From contig CAWJWJ010000001.1 of the NCBI GenBank assembly GCA_963846575.1, positions 960,001 through 1,024,000 of the forward strand: 64,000 nt of DNA. The letters run 5' to 3'. The position numbers and the translations under genes were made by a program. Positions 20,556-31,280 of the stretch are shown in pieces. The first letter of the stretch is position 1, and each line of letters begins with the position of its first letter. The notes below the pieces were generated by a model that did not search any database, was not told the origin of the DNA, and was given only the letters and a program-made list of their open reading frames with translations. This stretch comes from an uncultured Nitrospiraceae bacterium. Its GTDB lineage: Bacteria > Nitrospirota > Nitrospiria > Nitrospirales > Nitrospiraceae.

Positions 20556-21254
20556 GTGGAAGAGAGGTCAGAGTCGAGGGCGGATAAGGCAGGGCTGATC
20601 ATCGCGATTGATGGTCCTGCCGGTGTCGGCAAGAGCACGGTCGCAAGACTCCTGGCACTTCGGCTGGGTTATTTGTACCTGGACACGGGTGCCTTGTACC
20701 GGGCCGTTGCATGGAAAGTACGCGATGCCGGATTGAGTCCTGATGATCGGGCTGCCATTACCGCGCTGTTGCCGGAGATGACGCTCCGTATGGCATGTGG
20801 CCCGGAGCAAGCCCATGTCATGCTAAATGGGCGGGACATCACCGGCGAACTACGAACGCCGGCGGTCACGGCGCTTGCCTCGATGGTGTCGGCGATCCCA
20901 GCTGTCCGGGAATGGCTGCTGCCGGTGCAACGGAAGATCGGGGCGGAGGGCTGTGTCGTGGCGGAAGGACGGGATGTCGGCACGCGTGTGTTCCCTGAAG
21001 CGGATATCAAGTTTTTCCTCGAGGCCGATCCGGATGTCCGGGCGAGCAGGCGCCATCGTGAGCTTGTGGCGGCCGGCCATTCGGTTCATCTGGATCAGAC
21101 CAAGCGAGAGTTGACCGGGCGGGATGATCGCGATCGCTCCCGCCAGACGGCGCCTTTAGTGCCTGCACCGGATGCCGAGCATCTTGATACTTCGAGTATG
21201 CCTGCGGAGTCTGTCGTCGAGCACATGATGGCTGTGGTTGCGGCGAAATTGTGA
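20556..21254 (+). CDS. cmk: Cytidylate kinase
   Basis: IDGPAGVGKST, DTGALYR, EGRDVGT.VFP. Confidence 0.95.
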   Translation: MEERSESRADKAGLIIAIDGPAGVGKSTVARLLALRLGYLYLDTGALYRAVAWKVRDAGLSPDDRAAITALLPEMTLRMACGPEQAHVMLNGRDITGELRTPAVTALASMVSAIPAVREWLLPVQRKIGAEGCVVAEGRDVGTRVFPEADIKFFLEADPDVRASRRHRELVAAGHSVHLDQTKRELTGRDDRDRSRQTAPLVPAPDAEHLDTSSMPAESVVEHMMAVVAAKL

Positions 21255-21946
21255 TTTCCGCACTGTATGCCTGCTTGTGGGTGATTTCGCGTGTGGTCGG
21301 CTGGGTGTGTTTTCGGTATCGGACGGTGGGTGGGGTTCCGCGGCAGGGCGGGTTTCTGATCGCCTCCAACCATGCCAGCTATTTGGACATTCCGCTGCTT
21401 GGATGCGGGATCACCCGGCGGGTCTGGTACATGGGGCGGCACGACTTATTTCCATCGCCTGTGCTCAATAGTCTTCTGCAGGCGCTTGGATGGATTCCCC
21501 TGCGGGTCGGACGCCTCGATCGTGACGCGTTCAGTAAGGCCGTTTCGCTCATCAAGGAAGGAAAGCCGGTGGCGATCTTTCCTGAGGGAGGGCGGACCAT
21601 GACCGGAGCATTGAAGCCGGGCAAACCCGGCATCGGAGTGATCGTGGCGCAGACCGGTTGTCAGGTAGTGCCGGCTCATATCGACGGAACATTCGATGTA
21701 CTGCCGCCGGGCGCGAGGTGGCCGAGATTCCGTCGAGTGACGGTCGTGTATGGTGAGCCCATCGATTTTTCCCTGGATGCCACTCAGTTGGAAGGTAAGA
21801 CGTTTTATCAACATGTCAGTCGCACGGTGATGGCGAAGATTGCGGAGCTCGGAGACGTTCCGATGCCGGCAGACCGGCCGGCGCATACCGAGCGGGGCCG
21901 CGATCTTGAGTCCACATCAACGGCCAAGTCTTGCAACGCTGAGTAA
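21251..21946 (+). CDS. plsC: 1-acyl-sn-glycerol-3-phosphate acyltransferase
   Basis: NHASYLD and FPEGGR motifs. Confidence 0.9.
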   Translation: MISALYACLWVISRVVGWVCFRYRTVGGVPRQGGFLIASNHASYLDIPLLGCGITRRVWYMGRHDLFPSPVLNSLLQALGWIPLRVGRLDRDAFSKAVSLIKEGKPVAIFPEGGRTMTGALKPGKPGIGVIVAQTGCQVVPAHIDGTFDVLPPGARWPRFRRVTVVYGEPIDFSLDATQLEGKTFYQHVSRTVMAKIAELGDVPMPADRPAHTERGRDLESTSTAKSCNAE

Positions 21947-22003
21947 GATTTGGCTTCTCTCACATTCAGCACCCGGCGCAAGCCGGAGGACGAGGATCTT
22001 TTC

Positions 22004-23719
22004 ATGAGTACTGTCACCCCAGAAAGCGAACCGAAACTCGATCGCGATGCCTTGGCGGCGATGTATGAGGAAACCTTCCGAAATTTTGAGGAAGGCACGA
22101 TTACCGAGGGCATGGTCGTGGCCATCGGTAAGGATAAAGTGGTGGTCGATATCGGGTACAAGTCCGAAGGCATGATTCCGGGCGACCAGTTCTCACATGA
22201 AGAACTGGCGCAATTAAAGGTGGGCGACCGCCTGCAGGTCTACCTCGAGGAATGTGAAGACGCCGACGGCAATCTCGTGCTCTCCAAAGAAAAAGCCGAC
22301 AAGATGAAAATCTGGGAGGAATTGGAGACGCTGCACAAAGAGGAAAAAAGCATTGAGGGTAAGATTGTTTCCCGTATCAAGGGCGGCATGATGGTGGATA
22401 TCGGCGTGAAGGCCTTCCTGCCCGGCTCTCAGATCGATCTGCATCCTGTGCGCGATCTGGATGGACTCGTGGGCAAGACCTTTCCGCTCAAGATCATCAA
22501 GATCAATCACCGACGGGGCAACGTCGTCGTGTCCCGCCGGGTGCTGCTCGAAGAGACCCGCGATCGTCGTCGTCAGACGACATTGGCGACCTTGAAGGAA
22601 GGCCAGTTGATTCAAGGAACCGTCAAAAACATCACAGACTACGGAGCCTTTATTGACCTCGGCGGCATCGATGGACTGTTACATATCACCGATATGTCAT
22701 GGGGCCGCGTGGGACATCCGTCCGAACTGTTCCAGGTCAGCGACAAGGTCGAGGTGACGGTATTGAAATACGACCGTGAGACCGGCCGGATTTCGCTCGG
22801 CCTGAAGCAGAAGTCGGCGGATCCCTGGACCGGCGTCGCAGCGAAGTATCCTGTGGGCACACGCGTGCGGGGACGAGTCGTCAGTCTGACGGACTATGGT
22901 GCCTTCGTTGAGTTGGAGCCTGGCGTGGAAGGGTTGGTCCACGTCTCTGAAATGTCCTGGACACATGAGGTCCGTCATCCCTCACGCGTCGTGTCGGTCG
23001 GCGATCAGGTCGAGGCGGCCGTACTGAACATCGATCCGGGAAGCCGGAAAATCTCCCTGGGGATGAAGCAGACCGCGCCGAACCCTTGGGATATGATCGA
23101 AGCCAAGTATCCAGCCGGAACCCGCATTGAAGGAAAGGTGAAAAGCCTGACTGATTTCGGAGCATTCGTCGGCCTGGAAGAGGGGATCGACGGATTGATC
23201 CATATATCTGACATGTCCTGGACGAAGCACATTAAACATCCGTCCGAGCTGTTCAAGAAGGGTCAGAAGGTCGATGCGGTGGTGATTCGTATCGACAAAG
23301 AAAAGGAACGGCTTTCGTTGGGATACAAGCAATTGTCCCGGGATCCATGGGAAGAGCAGATCCCAAACCGCTATCGGGTGGGAGATAGTATTGCCGGCAA
23401 GGTGAGCAAGATCGCCGATTTCGGGCTCTTCATCGAGTTGGACGGCGACGTGGAAGGCTTGATCCATATCAGCGAAGTCGGACTGGATACGAATGTCCGG
23501 ATGGAAGAGAAGTTCAAGCCGCAGGATGAGGTGACGGCCAAGATCATCAAGGTCGATCGCGAGGAGCGGAAGATTGCGCTCAGCTTGCGCGATCACCAGC
23601 TTGATAGCGACCGGCGGCAGGTGGATGAGTTCCATGCCGCTCAGGGCGGGTTGGATCAGAGCCTGGGACGAGCGGCCAAACAAAGCCGAAAGCGGAATCA
23701 AAACGATTCCGAAGCCTAG
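22004..23719 (+). CDS. rpsA: 30S ribosomal protein S1
   Basis: Six S1 repeats (DIGYKSEG, AFLPGSQID, DYGAFIDLGGIDGLLH...). Confidence 0.97.
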   Translation: MSTVTPESEPKLDRDALAAMYEETFRNFEEGTITEGMVVAIGKDKVVVDIGYKSEGMIPGDQFSHEELAQLKVGDRLQVYLEECEDADGNLVLSKEKADKMKIWEELETLHKEEKSIEGKIVSRIKGGMMVDIGVKAFLPGSQIDLHPVRDLDGLVGKTFPLKIIKINHRRGNVVVSRRVLLEETRDRRRQTTLATLKEGQLIQGTVKNITDYGAFIDLGGIDGLLHITDMSWGRVGHPSELFQVSDKVEVTVLKYDRETGRISLGLKQKSADPWTGVAAKYPVGTRVRGRVVSLTDYGAFVELEPGVEGLVHVSEMSWTHEVRHPSRVVSVGDQVEAAVLNIDPGSRKISLGMKQTAPNPWDMIEAKYPAGTRIEGKVKSLTDFGAFVGLEEGIDGLIHISDMSWTKHIKHPSELFKKGQKVDAVVIRIDKEKERLSLGYKQLSRDPWEEQIPNRYRVGDSIAGKVSKIADFGLFIELDGDVEGLIHISEVGLDTNVRMEEKFKPQDEVTAKIIKVDREERKIALSLRDHQLDSDRRQVDEFHAAQGGLDQSLGRAAKQSRKRNQNDSEA

Positions 23720-23734
23720 GTCACTGGAGATCCA

Positions 23735-24634
23735 ATGGGCCCACAAACGGAGACTGCCGGCAAACCGAAGCGAAGCTTAGTGCGCCGGATCATCTGGGCT
23801 CTCGTGATTGCGGGAGGAGCGGTGTTGTTGTTGAACGCGCTCCTCCCGGATCTCGATCTCTCCGGCCAGGAACGAGTCGCGGTGATTCGTATCGAGGGAG
23901 TGATTCTCGACGCGCAGGCAACGATCGGTGAGTTGCAGCAATACAGCGAAAATCCCCTCGTCAAGGCAATCGTCTTACGCATCGACAGTCCCGGGGGAGG
24001 AGTAGTCCCGTCCCAGGAAATTCATGATGCGGTAAAGCGAGTCAAAAACAAGAGCAACAAAGCGATCATCGCTTCCATGGGGACGGTCGCCGCATCCGGA
24101 GGATACTACATCGCCGCCGCGACGGATCGTATCATCGCCAATCCGGGCACGCTCACCGGGAGCATTGGCGTCATCATGGAAATGGCGAATTTCGAAGGGC
24201 TACTGAAAAAGATCGGGGTCGAAGGGGTGGTGATCAAAAGCGGTCGATTCAAGGACGTGGGCTCGCCGTTGAGAAAAATGAGTGAGGAGGAGCGCAAGCT
24301 GTTGCAGTCCGTCATGGACGATGTGCATCATCAATTCATTCAAGCAGTCGCCGACGGACGGTCGTTGGAACTTACCGACGTCGAACCGCTTGCGGACGGT
24401 CGTATTTTCACCGGGCGTCAGGCCAAGGAGGCTCGACTGGTCGATGAATTGGGCGACCTTGATGATGCCATCCACATCGCGGCTGATATTGCCGGGATGG
24501 AAGGTGAACCGAAGGTGGTGGAGCCACGCAAACGATTCTCCTTTCGGGATATCCTAGAGTCACGTTGGTCGTCGGTTTTTCCGAAGCTGGAGATTGAGAC
24601 GGGCGTCAAACTGAAGTACCTGATGGCGTTCTGA
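23735..24634 (+). CDS. sppA: Signal peptide peptidase SppA (short type)
   Basis: RIDSPGG, AASGGYY, TLTGSIGV, DGRIFTG. Confidence 0.93.
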   Translation: MGPQTETAGKPKRSLVRRIIWALVIAGGAVLLLNALLPDLDLSGQERVAVIRIEGVILDAQATIGELQQYSENPLVKAIVLRIDSPGGGVVPSQEIHDAVKRVKNKSNKAIIASMGTVAASGGYYIAAATDRIIANPGTLTGSIGVIMEMANFEGLLKKIGVEGVVIKSGRFKDVGSPLRKMSEEERKLLQSVMDDVHHQFIQAVADGRSLELTDVEPLADGRIFTGRQAKEARLVDELGDLDDAIHIAADIAGMEGEPKVVEPRKRFSFRDILESRWSSVFPKLEIETGVKLKYLMAF

Positions 24635-24706
24635 GCGGCCAGATGGCCATCGGTTCCCGGGGCAGTTCACAGGCATAGGTAAGCGCCACCCACCAGGAGA
24701 GCGACG

Positions 24707-24985
24707 ATGACAAAAGCGCAAATTATCGAGCGGGTTTCGGAGCAGGTGACGACGCTGACGAAGCGGCAGGCCGAGGTGGTCGTGAATACCATTTTCGACT
24801 GTATCCGCGATTCACTTCGAAGCGGCAACAAGACGGAGATCCGAGGGTTCGGCAGCTTCCGTCTTCGCGCCAGACGGATGAAGGAAGGCCGCAACCCGAA
24901 AACCGGAGCCACCGTCGCAGTACCGGCCAAGCGCGTACCGTTCTTCAAGGCAGGCAAGGAATTAAAGGAATTACTCAATAAGTAA
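24707..24985 (+). CDS. ihfB: Integration host factor beta / HU family
   Basis: EIRGFGSF, GRNPKTG, VPFFKAGKELK; lies after rpsA-sppA. Confidence 0.88.
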   Translation: MTKAQIIERVSEQVTTLTKRQAEVVVNTIFDCIRDSLRSGNKTEIRGFGSFRLRARRMKEGRNPKTGATVAVPAKRVPFFKAGKELKELLNK

Positions 24986-24998
24986 CAGGAGTGATACC

Positions 24999-25994
24999 GT
25001 GGCAGAGTCATCAGACATAACAGCCTCAGAGGTCCGGTGGAGTGATGGCGCGCTCAAACGCATGGAGCGCGCTCCGCTGTTCTTGCGGGGGATGGTCCGT
25101 CGCCTGGCCGAAAAAAAGGCGCGCGAGTTGGGATACGGGGAAATCACCGAAGAAATCCTCGATCAGTTCAAGAGCCAGATGATGGGAACCATGGGCGGCG
25201 AAGGCGGCATGGCGGAAGCAGCCGATCAAATGGCGAAGGGGCAACTGCCTTGGACTGCCGCTGCTAAAGCGCGTCTGGACGCGGTGCCGGAGTTCATGCG
25301 AGGTATGATCAAACAGATTGCCGATGAGATCGCCCGCAAAGGCGGCCATATGGAGGTCAACGTCGACCTGTTCGAAAAAGTCGAAGCGTTAGGCGACATC
25401 CGGGAGCGGGAGTTACCCCCGTTGGAATGGACCGAAGGGGCACTGGCGCTCTTGCAACAAAAAATCAAGGAATCCCCGCCCATCGCGATGGATTTCGTTA
25501 GCGACATGATCCGGCACGATACTGAGGAGTTGGCGAGGGAAAAGGGATTCACCCGGATAGACGAGCAGGCAGCAGTGACATTGTGGGAGTCACCGCAGGA
25601 GCGTGTGACCTGGAGCGACGAGGCCTGGAAGCGCCTCCAAACTTCGCCCGATTTCGTGCGTAGCGGCATTCGCAAAGCGGCTGAGCGAAGGGCCCGCAAA
25701 CTGGGTTTGAAGGAAGTGGATTCTGACCACCTCACCACCTTCCGCAATCAGGCCATGATGAAGGCGGTGAAACGAATTCGTTCGTTCGGATATAACGAAC
25801 TGACGTTTGATGCATTCGACACGGCCCTGCAAAAAACCAAGCGCCTTCAAGGCAATGACCAGGCAGAGAAACGACTTCAGGAAATTCGGTCACACTTCAG
25901 CGATCCGGAGACAAAAAAGCCGGATGGCGGCACGCTCGGGGCCGACCTCATGGGCAGGTTCAGAAGATTTCTCAAGGGCGAAGGATCACTCTAG
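24999..25994 (+). CDS. Protein with four tandem PCP_red-like domains
   Basis: Repeats WSDGALKRMERAPLFLR, WTAAAKARLDAVPEFMR, WTEGALALL, WSDEAWKRLQTSPDFVR. Confidence 0.82.
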   Translation: MAESSDITASEVRWSDGALKRMERAPLFLRGMVRRLAEKKARELGYGEITEEILDQFKSQMMGTMGGEGGMAEAADQMAKGQLPWTAAAKARLDAVPEFMRGMIKQIADEIARKGGHMEVNVDLFEKVEALGDIRERELPPLEWTEGALALLQQKIKESPPIAMDFVSDMIRHDTEELAREKGFTRIDEQAAVTLWESPQERVTWSDEAWKRLQTSPDFVRSGIRKAAERRARKLGLKEVDSDHLTTFRNQAMMKAVKRIRSFGYNELTFDAFDTALQKTKRLQGNDQAEKRLQEIRSHFSDPETKKPDGGTLGADLMGRFRRFLKGEGSL

Positions 25995-26132
25995 GCGATT
26001 GACGGGTGGCTGTTCGCTGGTCGTGCGATTTCTCTGCATCCTGCCCCGTTGAGGCACCGCTATTTCTTAAAGATCTCCTCCGTCAGGCGGAACCATCCAT
26101 TTCCCATCCGGAACGCAAGGCAGGCGTCAGGT

Positions 26133-26152
26133 AGGGCTGCCTTGGCAGCCCT
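26133..26152. terminator. Perfect inverted repeat between convergent genes
   Basis: AGGGCTGCC-TT-GGCAGCCCT; no U-tract. Confidence 0.35.
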
Positions 26153-26236
26153 GTCAGACGTGAAGGCAGCTTCCAGAGTCAGGTCCGTTCGGGGCGCCCG
26201 GGAAGAAAAGTTCAGATAAGCAAATGGCGGCTGCGT

Positions 26237-26557
26237 CTAGTGGGAGGCAACAGCACTGGGCCAGAATTTGTGACGGATCTGGGGCAGCGGCTCATTGTCC
26301 AAATTGGGAATATCGTAGAGGCAGCGGTCGATAATCGAGAGCTCGTCTTCGGTAAGTTCCAACTGGATTTGTTTCTTCCAGAACTGATCCAAGGCTAAAT
26401 AATCGTTGGAGGTGGGCTTCTCGGCCAGCAACGCTTGCATCTTCTTGAAGCCCTCGGTGTCGACCCCGGCCACGCGACCATTGTTGCGATCAATGCACCA
26501 TTTTAGGACTTCGGCGATTCCATACATGGATAAGGGAACATGAACTTTTTTACTCAT
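26237..26557 (-). CDS. Hypothetical protein (106 aa)
   Basis: GAGGAGG RBS before ATG; MSKKVHVPLSMYG... Confidence 0.8.
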   Translation of the reverse strand: MSKKVHVPLSMYGIAEVLKWCIDRNNGRVAGVDTEGFKKMQALLAEKPTSNDYLALDQFWKKQIQLELTEDELSIIDRCLYDIPNLDNEPLPQIRHKFWPSAVASH

Positions 26558-26800
26558 GGGATCCTCCTCATACTTGGCGGCATTGTAGCGTAAGCCCTGG
26601 TAGGTTTTCAAAGGGGCGAAAGGCCTATACAAAGCCGGCACGTTCGGCAAGGGTCTTGGGATGCACCTGACATCTCGTGTTCGGGTATGGCATTCATTGC
26701 GAAGCGAGACAGGCCTCTGTATACTCCGCCGAACGCATCAATCGGGAGCGGCGAAGCATGGACTTGGCCGGAATGTCATGCCTTTTGCGTCGAGATGGAT

Positions 26801-27991
26801 ATGAAAGGCCGGGGCCTGGACTTCAGGGCGCCATTGATCGGTATGGGGTTTGTGACGCTGGCCTTCGGGGTCATACTCTCCGCCTGTTCGAAGTCCGACC
26901 CCTATGTCCCGCCGGACCCGTTTTACTATTTTGCGAGCTATCCGGTCGGTAAGAATCCAACGACTGTCACGACTGCCGACTTCAATCGCGACCAGATCAC
27001 CGACGTCATCACGACAAATATCTCCAGCAACACCATTTCACTCCTGTTTGGGGTGGGCGATGGAACGTTCCATGATCAGGTCCAGTTGCGGGTCTGTCAG
27101 GAGCCGCGTTCCCTCGCGGTGAACGATTTCAATCAAGATGGTCGACTCGATTTGGTCCTGGCCTGCTCCGGCAGCGATCAAGTGTCAATCATGTTCGGTC
27201 GAACCGACGGCAAATTCGAGGAAGGGCCGCAATACCCGGTGCACCGGACGCCGGTTTCTGTGGCCAGTGAAGATGTCAATGGCGACGGTCATCCCGATTT
27301 GGCCGTGGCATTGCGGAACGACAAAATAAAGGTATTCCTTGGAAGCGCCAAGGGAGATTTTCGCCCCGGCGCACAGTATGAATACGGGGATACGCCCACT
27401 TCGGTGGCGCTCAAAGATCTGAATCAAGACGGCAAGCCGGAACTGATCGTGACCAACGGAGGGCCGATGTTGAGTGCGGTGTCCGTCTGGATCGGCAAGG
27501 GCGATGGAACGTTTGGGGAGCCCAAAGACTACAAGACCGGACGGCGGCCACTCGGAGTCAGTTTTGCTGACTTCAACAATGATCGGCTGCTCGATCTCTT
27601 AGTGATCAACGGGGAAGGCGACAGTTTCACCACGTTTTTAGGTAACGGCAACGCGACCTTTCAACCCGGAAAGGATTCCGGCGCCGACGCCAGCCCGAAC
27701 TTCGGGATGGCGCGCGATTTCGACGGGGACCATATCGCCGATGTCGCGATCGTCAACTTACAGTCCACAGACCTGTCGATTCTCTTCGGCCGGGGAGACG
27801 GGACCTTCAATTATCCGCCGCGCAATTACCGAACCAAGTCAGGCCCTTTCGCCGTGGCGAGTTACCGTGTCTCCGCCGACAATGACGAAGAGCCCGGGCT
27901 GGTGACTGCCGACAATGGCGCGGGCAGTGTCTCGGTTTTTTTGCATCGCGGACGGAAGGGCCAGGTTCCAACCACGAGCCCGACGCAATGA
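26801..27991 (+). CDS. FG-GAP/VCBS repeat lipoprotein (beta-propeller)
   Basis: Lipobox LSAC; repeated D(F/V/L)NxDGxxD...GxGDGTF; start approximate. Confidence 0.88.
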   Translation: MKGRGLDFRAPLIGMGFVTLAFGVILSACSKSDPYVPPDPFYYFASYPVGKNPTTVTTADFNRDQITDVITTNISSNTISLLFGVGDGTFHDQVQLRVCQEPRSLAVNDFNQDGRLDLVLACSGSDQVSIMFGRTDGKFEEGPQYPVHRTPVSVASEDVNGDGHPDLAVALRNDKIKVFLGSAKGDFRPGAQYEYGDTPTSVALKDLNQDGKPELIVTNGGPMLSAVSVWIGKGDGTFGEPKDYKTGRRPLGVSFADFNNDRLLDLLVINGEGDSFTTFLGNGNATFQPGKDSGADASPNFGMARDFDGDHIADVAIVNLQSTDLSILFGRGDGTFNYPPRNYRTKSGPFAVASYRVSADNDEEPGLVTADNGAGSVSVFLHRGRKGQVPTTSPTQ

Positions 27992-28044
27992 GAGCTGATT
28001 CATGTTCGAGACGATTCAACCGAAGAGGGGAATGGCCGGTTTGC

Positions 28045-28073
28045 TTGACACCCTGGTAGGGCTCGGCTAGAGT
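28045..28073 (+). promoter_or_regulatory. Putative sigma70 promoter
   Basis: TTGACA-17 nt-TAGAGT upstream of the 28132 ORF. Confidence 0.5.
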
Positions 28074-28131
28074 TCGGAAAGGCTGGCGGACCAGTAGCCG
28101 CGCCATTTCCAGCGATCAGACGTGGGGGTTC

Positions 28132-28332
28132 GTGCGATCGTTTTTGTGGTGGTTTTGCATGGGCTGCCTGACGACTCTGGCAGTCTTGATGGTACAAGGT
28201 GGGGTGCGCGATCTGGTCTCCGGTGCCAATCCGACGGGTAGCACTGGTGCCGTCCTCTCCTTCGGTACCACGATTTTCGGGGGCGGACTCCTGGCCGGTT
28301 GCCTTGCCCTCATCCTCAATCGTCTCCGCTAA
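28132..28332 (+). CDS. Small two-helix membrane protein
   Basis: 66 aa, two hydrophobic segments, preceded by a promoter-like motif. Confidence 0.6.
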   Translation: MRSFLWWFCMGCLTTLAVLMVQGGVRDLVSGANPTGSTGAVLSFGTTIFGGGLLAGCLALILNRLR

Positions 28333-28407
28333 ATTGAGAACCCTGTCGAGCCGGCCTGAATGTGGACCGGGAGACGTGGACCGACTCAAAGGAATGCGAC
28401 CTGCGCG

Positions 28408-28596
28408 ATGCACTGCCTACGATGCAAAGGATTTATGATGGTGGAGCGTCACTATACGCTCATGAATCGTCGGCTGTACGCGCGTTGCTTGAACTGCGGG
28501 TTTTGGATCGACTTGGCGGATTTGCTACGGTTTTTTCATAAAGTCATCGAAAGCAGCTTGCGTGGGGCGAAAGTCAGAGAAACCTACACCCTGTGA
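28408..28596 (+). CDS. Small Zn-ribbon protein
   Basis: MHCLRCKGFM...RCLNCG (CxxC...CxxC). Confidence 0.7.
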   Translation: MHCLRCKGFMMVERHYTLMNRRLYARCLNCGFWIDLADLLRFFHKVIESSLRGAKVRETYTL

Positions 28597-28630
28597 GGAC
28601 CCGGCTCGTGGTCCTCGCGAGAAAGCACAG

Positions 28631-29569
28631 ATGATCCGCATGACACACTTTCGTCGCGTCCTCTCGATCTCACTCAGTGCCATCCTGGTTGTGTGTTCAA
28701 GTCTGTGTAGTAACCAGGCCTGGGCGCTGGACGGTGACGAGGACGACGAAGTCATTACGGTACCGTTTGATCCCAGGCCCGTCCCTTCCGCCAAACAAGC
28801 CCATCACACGCTACGGTGGCGGCATGTTCCGGCCCACAGCATTCTGCTCAAAGACCTAAAAACAGGAACGACCCTCTATCAATTTGAAAGCGAGAAGAAG
28901 CTCTCTCCCGCGAGTTTGACCAAGATCATGTCGGCATTGGTCATTTTGGAGTACGGACATCTTGATGATGAGGTGACGGTCAGCCCCAAAGCCGCCCGTG
29001 CCCATAAAACACACCTGCGGCTACGGACGGGGCAGATTTTTCGCCTGGGAGATTTACTAAAAGCCATGCTGATTGTCTCCGCGAATGACGCCTGCTTGGC
29101 GGCCAGTGAACACGTCGGAGGAGACGAAGCGCGATTTGTCGATCTCATGAATGCTAAAGCCGCGGCGATGGAGCTGCACAATACCCATTTCAGCAACGCG
29201 TGCGGCTTCGATGCTCCCGGGCATTATTCCACGGCGGAAGACCTCGCCAAGCTGAGTGAGATCGCCTTACATCACCCGGTGTTCAAAGAGTTGGTTCGCG
29301 AAGAGAGGGAGATCATCATGCCCATCAACGAGCATCGGGCGTACGTGCTGCGCACGACCAACCGTCTGCTCGGGCGCATTCCCGGTGTGCAGGGTGTGAA
29401 AACCGGCTTTACGTCGAAGGCCGGCCGGTGCCTCATTGCCAAGGTATCGCAGGATGGCAGCGACCTGCTGCTCGTCATTCTCAACTCCAAGCGTCGGTGG
29501 AATACCGCGACCAGCCTCATCAATTACGGACTTCGGCTGAGCTACAGTCGTGCCTCTCTCGCGCAATAG
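28631..29569 (+). CDS. D-alanyl-D-alanine carboxypeptidase (S11)
   Basis: PASLTK (SxxK), SAND (SxN), KTG motifs. Confidence 0.93.
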   Translation: MIRMTHFRRVLSISLSAILVVCSSLCSNQAWALDGDEDDEVITVPFDPRPVPSAKQAHHTLRWRHVPAHSILLKDLKTGTTLYQFESEKKLSPASLTKIMSALVILEYGHLDDEVTVSPKAARAHKTHLRLRTGQIFRLGDLLKAMLIVSANDACLAASEHVGGDEARFVDLMNAKAAAMELHNTHFSNACGFDAPGHYSTAEDLAKLSEIALHHPVFKELVREEREIIMPINEHRAYVLRTTNRLLGRIPGVQGVKTGFTSKAGRCLIAKVSQDGSDLLLVILNSKRRWNTATSLINYGLRLSYSRASLAQ

Positions 29570-29749
29570 ATTGTCGGGGTTTCCGTAAGCGCGTCCGTCC
29601 ACACGTCCATCCAGCCTAGCCTGCTGTCTGTGGCTTTGAGTGGCCCCGGGTATGCGCCGGGTCGAGCTCAATGCTGCGGGATGGGAAAATATAGGGATGA
29701 AGGGAGGGCGTGGAGGAGGGAGTTCCTGCCGCTGACGAGAGGGAACAAA

Positions 29750-30280
29750 TCAGTGGGGCATCGAGAACTCGACGTTGACGTCTTTTCCGAGGTAGTTCAC
29801 CTGGAAGCCCTGTTTGTCGTAGGAAAGCATCGCGCCCATCACGTTTTCGTCGCCGTAATCTTCCTTCCCGAGTAATTTGCGCACATCGTCCGGACTTTCG
29901 CTATTGAGCACATTGCGAAATATTCCCCGTGTTTTGTAGGCAAACCGGTTGTTGATGAATATGAGGTCCACTTTTCCGTCCTGCACACGGACACCGGCCA
30001 TTGGACCGGTCGGTTTACGTTGATCCAGAAGAAAGATAAACGTCGCTTCTTGTTCGGCCTTGATCCCGGGAATCTTCTCATTTACCAACACCTCAAGAGC
30101 CTTGCCTTCGTCATCCCCGAGCTTCACGCCGAATAGGGAGATCTCTGGGCTCTTGATAACTTTGGGGTCGGTCACATCATTTTTACTGAGTTCGTAGGGC
30201 TCGGCGCTCACCATGGCAGCGAGACACAGGGAACCCAGCGTTGCCATGAAGGCTGTGAACGCCCACTTGCGCTGCATCAT
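29750..30280 (-). CDS. Exported hypothetical protein
   Basis: AAGGAGG RBS; signal peptide ending VSA. Confidence 0.8.
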   Translation of the reverse strand: MMQRKWAFTAFMATLGSLCLAAMVSAEPYELSKNDVTDPKVIKSPEISLFGVKLGDDEGKALEVLVNEKIPGIKAEQEATFIFLLDQRKPTGPMAGVRVQDGKVDLIFINNRFAYKTRGIFRNVLNSESPDDVRKLLGKEDYGDENVMGAMLSYDKQGFQVNYLGKDVNVEFSMPH

Positions 30281-30547
30281 GAATGCCTCCTTGAGACGGG
30301 TCTGCACACGTTAGATCGTTCTGAGATGGGTGCCGGAATCGGTGGGATGGCTCAGACGACAGGGCATTTTATCTAAGGGGAAGTCTAACTTTCAAGATAG
30401 TTGCGGCATGCGCGCTCTCAGGCGCATGTTGAGCCGGCCTGGAGCGGGAATCGGGGTTAGAGCTGGCCCGGGGCCTGCCGCGTATTTATACCGCTGACGA
30501 GGGTCCTGCCGCCTATATCCGGTCTTTTCCAGAAGCCAGAGGTCTTG

Positions 30548-30838
30548 TTATGGCCGGTTGGATTCGACGAGAGCTGTGGCCAATTGCCGAAGACGGCGGA
30601 AATATTCCAGACTGTCCTCGGTGAGATCGTCGAGTAACGCATCGAGATCGGCGACGCAGTCTTCCAGGATCGCGACTCGCTGACTGTCCAGTCCCTCCGG
30701 TCCATCGAGATAGAACACCGCACAACCTCCGATGACGGTATCCAACGTCATCAGTTGTCCTTGATTCGGGCTGGAGAACTGGGGCCAGCCGTCACGGCTA
30801 TGAGCATCCCACAGGGATGCAATGGATTGGTGGCTCAT
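30548..30838 (-). CDS. Hypothetical protein (96 aa)
   Basis: Plausible composition; no recognised motif. Confidence 0.65.
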   Translation of the reverse strand: MSHQSIASLWDAHSRDGWPQFSSPNQGQLMTLDTVIGGCAVFYLDGPEGLDSQRVAILEDCVADLDALLDDLTEDSLEYFRRLRQLATALVESNRP

Positions 30839-31280
30839 GCAAATGTCTCGGTCCGCACGGGATTACGACGATACTGCCTCGTCAGCAACCCTACCCCATG
30901 CAGAAGCTGAACGGCAAGCGCAGAGCCCAAGCCCCATGAACCGGTCGTCGACCGCCTCGCGAGTGAAAACCCAGTGTAGCGGGGGTCGTTGCCATACGGT
31001 GCCCCAAACCCGGTGGCGACTTTTGACGTGCAGCGGGAGGTCTGGGAGCCACCACTGGTGGTAGAAAAAAATCAGCCACAGACCCTCAGGACAGACGCCT
31101 GGGATAGGCTAAGCCTTTCTAGGCACGAGGGACGGATGGTGCCGAAGTGAATCTTGGGCCATTCGGGTTGGATCAATGGAAGGCATCGGAGGGCTATGTG
31201 GCGGACTCGCCACTCTCCGACATGTCAGCGGGTCGGGGTTGTGCCGTGCGGGGGGGGGGGCCGTAGACGCAACCCCTGCC

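Noticed and set aside
25995..26236. SRP, 6S or RNase P RNA in the structured intergenic region
   Set aside because: TCAGGTCCG is reminiscent of SRP, but the GGAAGGAAGCAGC half is absent and there is no RNase P signature. Only a hairpin is supportable; an Rfam scan would settle it.
31250..31260. G11 homopolymer as a phase-variation tract
   Set aside because: It is non-coding, downstream of gdhA, and lies inside a GGGGTTG/CAACCCC stem. Its length is also unreliable in this assembly.
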